Notes under the pieces: generated by a model
The model's database searches: none
Seen by the model: only the letters and a program-made list of their open reading frames with translations
What the model was told of the DNA's origin: nothing
Shown: positions 40,455-51,260 of the stretch, one piece after another
How positions within the stretch are numbered: the stretch's first letter is position 1
Layout: every line of letters starts with the position of its first letter
Translations under genes and position numbers: made by a program
Assembly: GCA_041649175.1 (NCBI GenBank)
Contig: JBAZNR010000001.1
Span: 655,497-719,496 of the forward strand
DNA length: 64,000 nt
Direction: 5' to 3'
Origin: Candidatus Omnitrophota bacterium
GTDB lineage: Bacteria > Omnitrophota > Gorgyraeia > Zapsychrales > JBAZNR01

Positions 40455-41726
40455 ATGGACAAATTTTTTGAAAACCTGAAAAATAAAGATTTCTTTTGCC
40501 TTTGGCTGGCGCAGATCATTTCGCAATTTGGCGATCGCGTCAACCAAATGGCCTTGATCGGCTTGGTGGCTGGACTTAAGCCCGGTTCGGCAATACACTT
40601 GGCGAAAATCTTATCATTTACCATCATCCCTGTTTTTATCGTCGGGCCTATCGCCGGTGTTTATGTGGACCGCTGGGACAGAAGGACCACTCTTTTTATC
40701 TGTGATTTTTTGCGCGGGCTTTTTATTTTGAGCATTCCGCTTGTTTTTATGATGAAGGGATCGATGATCCCTATTTATATTGTTGTTTTTCTCGCGTTTT
40801 GCCTGAGCCGCTTTTATGTCCCTGCCAAGATGTCTATTATTCCTGACTTGGTGGAAGAGAAAAATTTGCTTATCGCCAATTCCTTAATCAACACGACCGG
40901 CATGATCGCTTTTGTATTAGGTTGCGCGGTGGGCGGATTTATCGTTGAGAAAATCGGCGCTGACGGAGGATTTGTCACGGGGGCGGTAACGTTTTTCATT
41001 TCAGGGCTTCTTGTTTTTAAAATGAACGGAAAGCCGAAGCTAAGAATTAACCGGGACGAATTATTGGGGCTGGGAAAAGAAGTCGTCGGTGTTATTCAAA
41101 AATCTGTTATCGGAGAGATCAAAGAAGGAGTTTTGTACTTTCTGCAGCATAAAGAGATCCGTTTTATTGCCAGTATGATGTTTCTTCTTTTCGCGGCGGC
41201 CGGGGCTATTTATATCGTTATTATTGTTTTCGTTCAAAATGCGTTTAATACGGTCACCAAAGATCTGGGGATCTTGGCGGTATTTTTAGGGATCGGGCTT
41301 TTTGTCGGGTCGCTTCTTTACGGGCGCTGGGGAGAAAAGAGTTCGCAATTCAAGACCATCTTCTTTTGTCTTATTTTGGGCGGCTTAGCGCTTTTAGCTT
41401 TCTCTATCGCGGTGGAACATTTTACAAACCGTATTTTAGCGATCGCCTTAGCATTTATTCTGGGCCTGGTGGTCGGGCCTATCGTCATTGCGGCTAATAC
41501 GATCGTGCATCAAGTTGGTGATGCAAAAATGCTAGGAAAGGTTTTTAGTTCTCTGGAAATTGTTATGCATTTAGCGTTTCTTTTGACGATGCTTCTAAGC
41601 GCGGCGGCCAGTGAATATATTGATGCCTTTTGGATCTTAGTTGCGTCAGGTTCGGTTTTTGTTATGATCGGTTTTGTCGGGATCTTACGGCATCGGGAAA
41701 ACCAGAAAATTCCGGGAGTAGCATAA
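40455..41726 (+). CDS. MFS transporter
   Basis: 423 aa, 12 predicted TM helices. MFS motif region GPIAGVYVDRWDRR. Confidence 0.7.
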   Translation: MDKFFENLKNKDFFCLWLAQIISQFGDRVNQMALIGLVAGLKPGSAIHLAKILSFTIIPVFIVGPIAGVYVDRWDRRTTLFICDFLRGLFILSIPLVFMMKGSMIPIYIVVFLAFCLSRFYVPAKMSIIPDLVEEKNLLIANSLINTTGMIAFVLGCAVGGFIVEKIGADGGFVTGAVTFFISGLLVFKMNGKPKLRINRDELLGLGKEVVGVIQKSVIGEIKEGVLYFLQHKEIRFIASMMFLLFAAAGAIYIVIIVFVQNAFNTVTKDLGILAVFLGIGLFVGSLLYGRWGEKSSQFKTIFFCLILGGLALLAFSIAVEHFTNRILAIALAFILGLVVGPIVIAANTIVHQVGDAKMLGKVFSSLEIVMHLAFLLTMLLSAAASEYIDAFWILVASGSVFVMIGFVGILRHRENQKIPGVA

Positions 41727-42332
41727 ATGTTAAAAAACTTTGCGGTTTTTGCGTCCGGTCATGGAAGCAATTTAGAAGCGATCATTCGTGCTGTTAAAAA
41801 GGGAAGTATTAAAGCGCGTTTAGCCTTGGTTGTGTCGGACAAAAGCAACGCTTACGCGCTTACGCGCGCCAAGAAAGCGAATATCAAAACTCTTGTTGTG
41901 TCTTCAGAAAATTTTCCGGACCGCGAAAGTTTTGACCGGGAAGTTATTAAACATTTGAAAGATGAAAAGATCGACTTTATTGTTTTAGCCGGATTTATGC
42001 GCATTTTAAGCGCGGTTTTTATCAATGAATACCGCGATCGCATCCTTAATGTGCATCCCGCGCTTTTACCCAGCTTTAAAGGCGCGCACGCCATCAAAGA
42101 CGCTTTTGATCATGGAGTGAAAGTGACAGGGGTAACGGTGCATTTCGTTGATGAAAAAGTTGATAACGGAGCTATTATTCTGCAGCAAGAAGTGAAAGTC
42201 TCGCCCAAAGATACCCTTGAAACTTTAGAAGAAAAGATCCATCGCGTGGAACACAAGCTCTATCCTCAGGCGATCAGTCTTTTTGTCAGAGACAAGATAT
42301 CTGCATCGGGGCGAAAAGTAAAAACCGCTTAA
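41727..42332 (+). CDS. purN: phosphoribosylglycinamide formyltransferase
   Basis: FASGHGSNLEAII N-terminus. NVHPALLPSFKG formyltransferase motif. Confidence 0.85.
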   Translation: MLKNFAVFASGHGSNLEAIIRAVKKGSIKARLALVVSDKSNAYALTRAKKANIKTLVVSSENFPDRESFDREVIKHLKDEKIDFIVLAGFMRILSAVFINEYRDRILNVHPALLPSFKGAHAIKDAFDHGVKVTGVTVHFVDEKVDNGAIILQQEVKVSPKDTLETLEEKIHRVEHKLYPQAISLFVRDKISASGRKVKTA

Positions 42333-42336
42333 AATC

Positions 42337-43215
42337 CTATTCCTTGATCTCGTTTATCAAAGACTTTCCGAACGAATAACTTTTTTCTTGGCGTAAGTCG
42401 CGAAGCTCAACCGTTAGAAAATCTTCGAATTGGTAGGTTTGAATAACGTGGGCGGCTATCTTGATGATCTCATCCGAAGGGGCATTTTGCGGCTTAAAGT
42501 CGCTTTGCGTATATTTGAATTTGATACGGTTAACGATTTGTTGTGCTAGAAAATTCGGCCAGATGATATCTTGCGGCCCCAGATGATCGCCCTGTTTATC
42601 ATCTTTGATCAGCGGATTTCCGGAAGATTCGGTTAAAACTCTTTGAATATATTCCTCGTATGGTAATATCTGCGTCTGATATTTCTTAAAATCTTCCAAA
42701 AGAAAAGTATTCTTAACTTCCAATCCATTCCTTATATCGGCGATGACCAAGACGATAAAATCCGGCGGTTGTTGCGTATTAAAATAAACGCGGCCAATGG
42801 TGCTTAGGATATTTTGATAACTTTTAGTGAATTCTTCCGTGTAAACGGTGGTGATGCTGCTATTATTCGCGGAAGATCTTGTCACTGGAATAATGTCATA
42901 TTCGAATAGAAAGTTCTTATCATCCAGCTTTCCGTTGATATATTGAACAGAAAACTGTGCGACGGAGGCAGAATTTGTCGATTGATTTTGGCCGGCTTTA
43001 ATGGAGAGGATCTCTTGATCTAAAGGCAAATAGACCCAAAGAGTTTTTCCGGCTGTTTTTAAGACAGGGGAAAGATTGTATTCTTCGCTTGAGATTTTCA
43101 AGAATTGTTGCTGAGCTTGCGAGGGAAGGTAATTGGCTTCTTTGGTACTGCAACCGGCGCAAACAACAAATAAGAAAAAGAATCCAATGGGGATGAATTT
43201 TCTAAAAATAGCCAT
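42337..43215 (-). CDS. lipoprotein, unknown function
   Basis: Signal with lipobox FVVCAGCST. 292 aa. Confidence 0.45.
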   Translation of the reverse strand: MAIFRKFIPIGFFFLFVVCAGCSTKEANYLPSQAQQQFLKISSEEYNLSPVLKTAGKTLWVYLPLDQEILSIKAGQNQSTNSASVAQFSVQYINGKLDDKNFLFEYDIIPVTRSSANNSSITTVYTEEFTKSYQNILSTIGRVYFNTQQPPDFIVLVIADIRNGLEVKNTFLLEDFKKYQTQILPYEEYIQRVLTESSGNPLIKDDKQGDHLGPQDIIWPNFLAQQIVNRIKFKYTQSDFKPQNAPSDEIIKIAAHVIQTYQFEDFLTVELRDLRQEKSYSFGKSLINEIKE

Positions 43216-43218
43216 AAA

Positions 43219-44892
43219 TTATATTTTGCCGCGAGAAAGCGGCTTAAGGTCGAATTTATTGAAAATAGATTCGATCTCGTCGTATTCTAATTCTTCTTTT
43301 TTGATAAGTTCTTGAGCGAAATATTCCAAAAGCTCTCTTTTTTCGCTTAAGATACCGGTAACTTCCTTAAGACAGCTGTTGAGGATTTCCTGGACATCGT
43401 TATTGAGAGTTGTCTTCATTTCCTCGGAAAGAAAAGAGGACGTTGAGGAATTTGAGAAAGCGTAGAAATCTCCGATTTTCCCTGAGCGGCCCATGCCAAA
43501 ACGCCAAACCATATCATGAGCGCAATGCATGGCGGTCTGGAAGTCTCCAGCCACACCGCTGCCGGTTGTCCCAAATTTGATTTGTTCGGCGGCATAACTT
43601 GCCAAGCAAACCTTGATCGTTGCCAGCCAATATTCCTTGCTGTGAATATTGATCTCCTCGGCGGGGTGATGGGCTACAAATCCTAAAGAACCGCGGTGTG
43701 GGATAATAGTTGCCTTAATGACATCATCTGTTGGATGTGTTAAATAGCTGATAATGGCATGGCCGGCTTCATGATAGGCTACCCAAATTTTTTCTTTCTC
43801 GCTCAACTGCACGTTAGATCTTAATCCAAAAATAACGCGGTCATAGGATTCCGAGAGGTCTTTCATGGATACGGTCTCTCTTTTGTTGCGCAAGGCAACA
43901 ATGGCGGCTTCCCGAACCATATTTTCAATGTCCGACGGAGAAAACCACAAAGCTTTCTGAGATAAGATCTTCGTATTAATGGCGGTATCGGCCTTGATCT
44001 TGGAGAGATAGAACTCAAAGAGGTCTTTGCGTTCTTTGAGGTTGGGCCGGCCGACATAAAGTTTTCTGTCGAAACGGCCGGCCCGCATAATCGCCGGGTC
44101 AAGTTCTTCTTCGGGAACATTGGTGGCGGCAATGACGACAATGTTATTTTCTTTCTGCCGCAAACCGTCTAATTCTGTAAGAAATTGATTGATGGTCGCG
44201 TTATGATCCATCGTTCCGCCGCCAAAACCTTTATCGGCCATACGCGGCCGGGCAAAAGAATCAATTTCATCAATGAAAATAATACATCCGCCTTCAATGT
44301 CAGCTAAAGCACGGGCTTCTTTAAAGAGAGTTCTAATTCTTTGAGATCCGACACCGATAAAAATCCCCACAAATTCACTTCCCACCGCCGATAAAAAGGG
44401 AAGTCCGGCTTCGGTGGCAATGGCTTTGGCAAGGTAAGTTTTCCCGCATCCCGGCGGGCCTACCAGCATTGTCCCTTTAATGATCTTTCCGCCGATAGCT
44501 TTTAGCATACGGCGGTCTTTTAAAAGCTCGACAAGTTCCCAAGCTTCTTTTTTGACTTGGTCCATCCCGATGACTTCGTTCCACTTGACGTTGACTTTGG
44601 CGGTTTTAATTCTTTCTTGGCCGATTTTGGCAAATCCGCCTCCGGCCACAAAATACATATTAACGAAAGCAAAGATAAAGGCCTGTACAACGCCGCCCAG
44701 CATAAAGATCACCAAATAAATGGACATTTGGGCCATCAATTGATTTTTGCTGAAAGACTCCATCCCTAAAAAGCTTTTGCTCCCAAAATAGATCATTAGG
44801 ATCAGGATAAGAAGAATAGAGGATAGCCCGGCAATGATGGCGATTTTTACCCAGTAGAGCTTAAAGAGGACGGACAATTTATTCTTTTTCAT
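43219..44892 (-). CDS. FtsH-family membrane AAA+ zinc metalloprotease
   Basis: N-terminal TM helices. Walker A GPPGCGKT. SRH region. HEAGHAI zinc motif. Confidence 0.8.
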   Translation of the reverse strand: MKKNKLSVLFKLYWVKIAIIAGLSSILLILILMIYFGSKSFLGMESFSKNQLMAQMSIYLVIFMLGGVVQAFIFAFVNMYFVAGGGFAKIGQERIKTAKVNVKWNEVIGMDQVKKEAWELVELLKDRRMLKAIGGKIIKGTMLVGPPGCGKTYLAKAIATEAGLPFLSAVGSEFVGIFIGVGSQRIRTLFKEARALADIEGGCIIFIDEIDSFARPRMADKGFGGGTMDHNATINQFLTELDGLRQKENNIVVIAATNVPEEELDPAIMRAGRFDRKLYVGRPNLKERKDLFEFYLSKIKADTAINTKILSQKALWFSPSDIENMVREAAIVALRNKRETVSMKDLSESYDRVIFGLRSNVQLSEKEKIWVAYHEAGHAIISYLTHPTDDVIKATIIPHRGSLGFVAHHPAEEINIHSKEYWLATIKVCLASYAAEQIKFGTTGSGVAGDFQTAMHCAHDMVWRFGMGRSGKIGDFYAFSNSSTSSFLSEEMKTTLNNDVQEILNSCLKEVTGILSEKRELLEYFAQELIKKEELEYDEIESIFNKFDLKPLSRGKI

Positions 44893-45139
44893 GCGGTTAA
44901 GTCCTTTCGCCGGTTTTTTGGCGTTTTAAAGGGATCGATATTTTTTGGCGTGTATGTTGTTTATTTCGTTGGTTTTAAGAGTATCATATTGCGCTTACGA
45001 AGTCAATTGTCCGACGAAAGAAATTACCGCTTTTATCGTTTTCAAGGCTCAATAAACCTTGACTTTCAAAACAAACTGTGATATTTTGTCATAATATTTT
45101 ACTGGAAAAATTAATAACGTTTGCAAAAAAGGAAATTGA

Positions 45140-46414
<1,275 letters not shown>

Positions 46415-46483
46415 AGCTATCAGTCGTCAGTCCTCAGCCATCAGCCTTTGCTGAAGACTGAAAGCTGAAAGCTGAAAGCTAAG

Positions 46484-46780
46484 ATGTTAAAAAATGCTTT
46501 CTGGCTTTTTACGGTTGCGGCGATCTTACTTGTGGTCTTTTTGCCGTCGTATACAAAGATGCAAGACTTGCGGCAAAGAAACGCTGATTACGCCCAGCAG
46601 ATGCAACATTTAAAAGAAGAAAACAAATACTTAACGGAAGAAAAGCGGCGCTTAGAAAAAGACCCTGTTTATTTAGAGAAGGTTGCGCGCGAAAAGATGG
46701 GGATTGTCCGCGACGGCGAAGTGGTTTATAAGATAACGCCGGTTCAGCAAAATAAAGTTGTAACGCCGAAACAAAGATAA
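46484..46780 (+). CDS. ftsB: septum formation initiator FtsB/DivIC family
   Basis: 98 aa. N-terminal TM, coiled-coil, then the LEKVAREKMGIVRDGEVVYKI C-terminal pattern. Confidence 0.6.
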   Translation: MLKNAFWLFTVAAILLVVFLPSYTKMQDLRQRNADYAQQMQHLKEENKYLTEEKRRLEKDPVYLEKVAREKMGIVRDGEVVYKITPVQQNKVVTPKQR

Positions 46781-46800
46781 AATTTATTCAGCACCCATAT

Positions 46801-46877
<77 letters not shown>

Positions 46878-46882
46878 ACTTA

Positions 46883-46925
46883 ACCCTTTGTAGGCCTAGC
46901 GCTTGCAAAGGGTTTCGTTTTTGTG
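46883..46925 (+). terminator. rho-independent terminator after tRNA-fMet
   Basis: AACCCTTTG ... CAAAGGGTT stem followed by TCGTTTTTG. Confidence 0.55.
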
Positions 46926-47083
46926 CCTTCCGTCAAAATCCCGCCGTGCTAGCACTGTGCTAGCAAAATAAATTTTCCTTCGGAATCAGTGGAGCCAATT
47001 ACCCATTGTTTGATAATGGTGTATTATGTTTGAGGATTTTGGTATCATTGAATAAACCGCATTAACGAAAATGTGAGGACGAT

Positions 47084-47776
47084 TTGATCAGGGCAGGAGT
47101 TTTAACCAAAAGAGAGAAGCTTTGTTTAAAGTATCGCTGGGAGTTCTTGAGAAGAAACAGGGAATACCAGAAAGACTACCGCTACATCACTATAAATCTT
47201 AAAGTCACAGATATTATCCGCAATCAATATCCGAAACACCTTGTTGATGAGGCCTTAAGTATCCTTTCAAAATGGGATTTATTAAATCTTATCCCTCCCG
47301 GGTTGTCATTCAATGCTCTTCTTGAAAGTGACAAAAAGCTAAAGAGTTTTCACATGGATTCCTTGTTTGTGAATGATTTTGCCATTGATATGTATGACTC
47401 TCCGGATTCCTTGAGCCCAAAGGATCTCTACATTAAAGGTTCGCTGGTGAGGATATACGTTAATATGAGATTTCCTAAAGAGAAAATACTCGACGAGTTT
47501 GAGCTGTTAGTCGATAAGTGGCAGAAGCCATTGAAAAAGATGATGAAGAAAGTTTTTCATGATAAGCCGGAAAAAAGATTGCAGATCAGTCAATATGAAA
47601 AGTACTTAAAAGTGTATGATTCTCATAGAAAAGGAATGTCCATGGCCCAATTGGCCAAGAAATTTTATCCCGGCTATATCGAATCATCAGGGAAAGACTA
47701 TGCTGAGCGAAAAGTTTTAAGAGACATTAACGGCTGTCTGCGTTTGATTCACGGAGGGTACAAACAAATAAGGTAA
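47084..47776 (+). CDS. element-encoded putative transcriptional regulator (N-terminal WEFLRRN-EY-DY motif, C-terminal HTH-like)
   Basis: 230 aa. KYRWEFLRRNREYQKDYRY N-terminal motif seen in mobile-element regulators. C-terminal GMSMAQLAKKFYPGY resembles an HTH. Confidence 0.4.
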   Translation: MIRAGVLTKREKLCLKYRWEFLRRNREYQKDYRYITINLKVTDIIRNQYPKHLVDEALSILSKWDLLNLIPPGLSFNALLESDKKLKSFHMDSLFVNDFAIDMYDSPDSLSPKDLYIKGSLVRIYVNMRFPKEKILDEFELLVDKWQKPLKKMMKKVFHDKPEKRLQISQYEKYLKVYDSHRKGMSMAQLAKKFYPGYIESSGKDYAERKVLRDINGCLRLIHGGYKQIR

Positions 47777-47869
47777 CCACCTTGTTTGTCAATGACACAC
47801 GTTGTTTGGTCAAGTAAAGTGATCCTGTAACCACAAGTTGCAGGATTTTTTTATTTTATCGAGGAGGAA

Positions 47870-48190
47870 GTGATGATCAAGCTAACAGAAATTGAGATTG
47901 TGCCAGTAAGACCCAATAAGGGGTTGGTTGCATTCGCGTCGTTTATTCTCAATGATTCGTTTTTTATCGGCGATGTGGCCATTTACACGCGCATCGATCA
48001 GCCCGGATACAGGCTGGTTTATCCGGTGAGATATTTAGTCACCGGATTAAGAGTCCATTGTTTTAAACCGATTCATAAATCGGCGGCGGATGATATTGAA
48101 AACCAAGTCAGCCGTTACTATGAAAACTTGATTGAGAAAGCGAAGAAGACGGAAGGAACACCTCATGATCGATTATCAGAAATTGATTAA
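47870..48190 (+). CDS. SpoVG-like nucleic-acid-binding protein
   Basis: 106 aa. LTEIEIVPVRPNKGLVAFASFILNDSFFIGDVAIYTRIDQPGYRLVYP parallels the SpoVG core (ITDVRI..V...G..KA.ASI.LD..FVV.DIRVI). Confidence 0.5.
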   Translation: MMIKLTEIEIVPVRPNKGLVAFASFILNDSFFIGDVAIYTRIDQPGYRLVYPVRYLVTGLRVHCFKPIHKSAADDIENQVSRYYENLIEKAKKTEGTPHDRLSEID

Positions 48191-50540
48191 GAATGTGCCC
48201 GATGAATTAAAGAAGTTGCCCAATTGGGTCGGGTGCAAGATTGTGCCCAGCAAAGACCGGCCGGGTAAGACCGATAAAATCCCCATGAATGCCTTGACCG
48301 GCGCCCACGCTAAGTCCAACGACCCCTCCACGTGGACAGATTTTGAATCCGCATTAGATTTATCCATTCAACGTAAATACGATGCCATTGGTTTTGTGTT
48401 TCGACCACCGTATGTCGGTGTTGATTGTGATGAATGCCGCAAGGATGGAAAAATTTCTGATAAGGCGCAAGGCATTTTAAAACGGATTAACTGCTATACA
48501 GAAATTTCTCCAAGCGGCACAGGCGTTCATTCGATTTGTAAAGGAGAAATTAGCCGGGCCCTCAATCAGTCAAAGAAGGGTCTGGAAATTTATACTAACG
48601 GCCGGTTTTTTACCGTCACTGGCGATCGATTAGAAGAGTACCCAGCAGTAATAGAAGATCACACAGCATTCTTAAATCAGTTAATCGAGGAATATTCACC
48701 CGCCAAGTCAAAGACAAAAAAATCGTCAAAGAAAAGTCATCGAAATACGGAAGAAGTTTTAAAAGCGATTGCCCAAAGCAAAGACGCGGATAAGTTCAGT
48801 CAGCTTTTTAACGGAGAATGGAAAGACAATTATGGATCGCAGAGCGAAGCAGATTTGGCGCTGTGCGGCAAATTGGCGTTTTGGACGGCGCGGGATCCGG
48901 CGCTCATAGATTCCATCTTCCGGCAATCGAAATTGTTTCGAGAGAAGTGGGATACAAAACACTATGCCGATGGCCGGACCTATGGCCAAGGTGTGATTGA
49001 TGAGGCGATTAGTGGTTGTGATGAAGTTTTCACCTCAGCAAGACCAAAAATTTCTCAAGGCGAGATCATCACAAAAGAATGCGAAGAGCTCATCAAAGAT
49101 TGCTTTCGCGATCAACAAGGGAGTTTCTATGTGGTGTTACCGATTAATCAGCATTTGGAAGTTTGCCAAACCAAAAGCACAAGATTCCGCAACTGGATAG
49201 CGAAAGGTTATCGCGCCAGACACAAAACCCCGCCTAATAGCGAATCCATTAATCAGGCCATTATTCAGTTGGAAGCCAAATGCGAAGACTCACGGCAAAT
49301 CGAGCTTTTTAACCGTGTGGGTCATTACGGTGGAGCGATTTATTTCGACTTAACGACTCCGGATTGGCGGGGTGTACGCATTACGCCAAGCGGATGGGAG
49401 ATCATTTATCTGCCGCCTATTTTCCGTCGTTATAGTCATCAAAATGAACAAGTCATGCCGGTATTAGGCGGCGATCCGAAAGACATCCTCCGGTTTTGTA
49501 ATCTCAACGAGGATGACCAATGTCTTTTTATCGTGACTACGGCCACCTATTTTATTCCCAACATTCCTCATGTGATCATCAGCCAAAACGGTGAACAGGG
49601 GAGTGGAAAATCCTACAACAGCCGCGCGATCAAAAGGCTGGTTGATCCTTCCAAAGTTGAATTAATCTCTTCGCCCAAGGACCTCGAACAAGCACAAATG
49701 ACTGCGGACAAACATTGGGTGAGCGCGTTCGACAATCTTTCCAAAATTATCGAGTGGTTCAGCGATTTTCTCTGCCGAGGTGTCACCGGCGAAGGCGACA
49801 TGAAACGCAGCCTTTATACCAATGATGATGAATTTATCCGGTCCTATCGCCGCTGTTTCGTCATCAATGGCATCGGTAGTTTGATGTGGCGGCCGGATTT
49901 ACTGGATCGTTCCATCCTCTTCGATATTCCGATTTTAAAAGATGGTCGCTCCGAGGAGCAGATTAACGAGGAATGGAGAAATGCTCTGCCGGGTATTTTA
50001 GGGGGTTTCTTCACCGCTATCTCAAAAGCCATGAATCATGTGAACAGTGTCACTGGTCATGAAAAATTCCGGATGGCCGACTATGTGCGCTGGGGCATGA
50101 CGCTTGCGGATGAACTTGGATTTTCTCGTCAGGAATTCTTAAATAATTATAAGGAATCGGTTGACCATAAATGGGAAAACACGGCTGAGGAGAGTTCGTT
50201 AGTTAAGAGGTTGATGACTTTAGTCATGACCAATAACGGCGAGTGGTCAGGATCAACAGCAGAGTTGTTGGAGAGGATCACCCCGGAGGGAATAAAGGAC
50301 AAAACCCTTCCTAGCACGGCCCGCTGGTTATCGAGCGAGTTGATGCGCATTGCCCCGGTTATGCGTAGCACAGGGATTGATATTATTCGTTTACCTAAAC
50401 GGGAGCCCGGGACAGGGCGGCGCCTTTTTGTTTTGCGTAAAATTGACAAAAAAGTCTGTGAGATGGGCTGTGAGCAGGGTGTGAGTAGCAATGATCAAAA
50501 CGAGTCAGCTCACAGCCTTTTTGATAAAAGACCGTTTTAA
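48165..50540 (+). CDS. bifunctional primase-polymerase (prim-pol) / PriCT-2 / D5-like helicase replication protein
   Basis: N-terminal prim-pol region (YVGVDCDEC). PriCT_2-like SQSEADLALCGKLAFWTARDPALIDSIFRQSKLFREKWD. Downstream Walker A NGEQGSGKSY. The track ORF starts at 48132; the ATG at 48165 is used here. Confidence 0.8.
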   Translation: MIDYQKLIKNVPDELKKLPNWVGCKIVPSKDRPGKTDKIPMNALTGAHAKSNDPSTWTDFESALDLSIQRKYDAIGFVFRPPYVGVDCDECRKDGKISDKAQGILKRINCYTEISPSGTGVHSICKGEISRALNQSKKGLEIYTNGRFFTVTGDRLEEYPAVIEDHTAFLNQLIEEYSPAKSKTKKSSKKSHRNTEEVLKAIAQSKDADKFSQLFNGEWKDNYGSQSEADLALCGKLAFWTARDPALIDSIFRQSKLFREKWDTKHYADGRTYGQGVIDEAISGCDEVFTSARPKISQGEIITKECEELIKDCFRDQQGSFYVVLPINQHLEVCQTKSTRFRNWIAKGYRARHKTPPNSESINQAIIQLEAKCEDSRQIELFNRVGHYGGAIYFDLTTPDWRGVRITPSGWEIIYLPPIFRRYSHQNEQVMPVLGGDPKDILRFCNLNEDDQCLFIVTTATYFIPNIPHVIISQNGEQGSGKSYNSRAIKRLVDPSKVELISSPKDLEQAQMTADKHWVSAFDNLSKIIEWFSDFLCRGVTGEGDMKRSLYTNDDEFIRSYRRCFVINGIGSLMWRPDLLDRSILFDIPILKDGRSEEQINEEWRNALPGILGGFFTAISKAMNHVNSVTGHEKFRMADYVRWGMTLADELGFSRQEFLNNYKESVDHKWENTAEESSLVKRLMTLVMTNNGEWSGSTAELLERITPEGIKDKTLPSTARWLSSELMRIAPVMRSTGIDIIRLPKREPGTGRRLFVLRKIDKKVCEMGCEQGVSSNDQNESAHSLFDKRPF

Positions 50541-50690
50541 AGTGTGAGTACAAAAATCTGCTCACGCTCAACTCACAGCATTGTTCACAGGGTTAAATGT
50601 TTAAAACACAACTGGTTAAATGAAAGTGTGAGCTGTGTGAGGCTAATTTTCTTTAGGAATAAAAAATAAGAGAAAAGAGGCTCACACGAC
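50456..50690. repeat. iteron-like repeat field (about 10 copies of YTGTGAG / CTCACAG) flanking an AT-rich stretch; candidate origin of replication
   Basis: Copies read at 50456, 50468, 50479, 50508(rc), 50542, 50559(rc), 50571(rc), 50626, 50634 and 50679(rc). 10-bp inverted repeat GGCTGTGAGC...GCTCACAGCC at 50467/50507. Confidence 0.5.
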
Positions 50691-50988
50691 GGGCAAAAAG
50701 GAGCGGAAGGGCGGGGTGTAAGGATGGGATTCTTAGCTTCACAACGTTCACAAATAAAATGGGTCCTTCCAGGGGGGTGTGGGGATGAGGGTCGGGCGAG
50801 GCGCATGTTGTCAGTGATACAAAATTTTAAAAAAGTGATGTCATGTCCATGAAATTGGCAAAATCGTTGTTGATGGTTGTTGTTCGTCGCTGTTGGTGCT
50901 TATTGTTTCATATTGTTGATGACGGATTCGGACATTGAGTGACATCAAAAATGTCCGAATGTCCTATTCAAAGAAAGGAGATGTCGCA

Positions 50989-51171
50989 ATGCAGACAGAT
51001 GAGTTGATCACGGTACAAGACTTGGCCAAGCGGTTAAACGTTCCGGTCAGCTGGATTTACCAGCGGACAAGGCGCGGACAGCACAGCATTCCGCATATCA
51101 AGCTGGGCAAATATGTGCGCTTTAACTGGCTTCAGGTTGTTCAATTTTTGCAGGAAAATAACCAGCGTTAA
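50989..51171 (+). CDS. AlpA-type excisionase/transcriptional regulator (HTH)
   Basis: 60 aa. LITVQDLAKRLNVPVSWIYQRTRRG...IPHIKLGKYVRFNWLQV matches the Phage_AlpA/Xis HTH pattern. AGGAGA RBS 8 nt upstream of this ATG; the track ORF starts earlier at 50935. Confidence 0.7.
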   Translation: MQTDELITVQDLAKRLNVPVSWIYQRTRRGQHSIPHIKLGKYVRFNWLQVVQFLQENNQR

Positions 51172-51260
51172 AGTCGACGAATGCCTTGAAAAGGGCGCAA
51201 CTTATGGCACAATACGCCCCCTATTGGATGTGGTTTAATGTTGGTTAAGGATGTTCAACT

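Noticed and set aside
46421-46483. CRISPR array
   Set aside because: Only 3 copies of a 7-bp unit with no spacers. No CRISPR-like repeat-spacer structure anywhere in the window.
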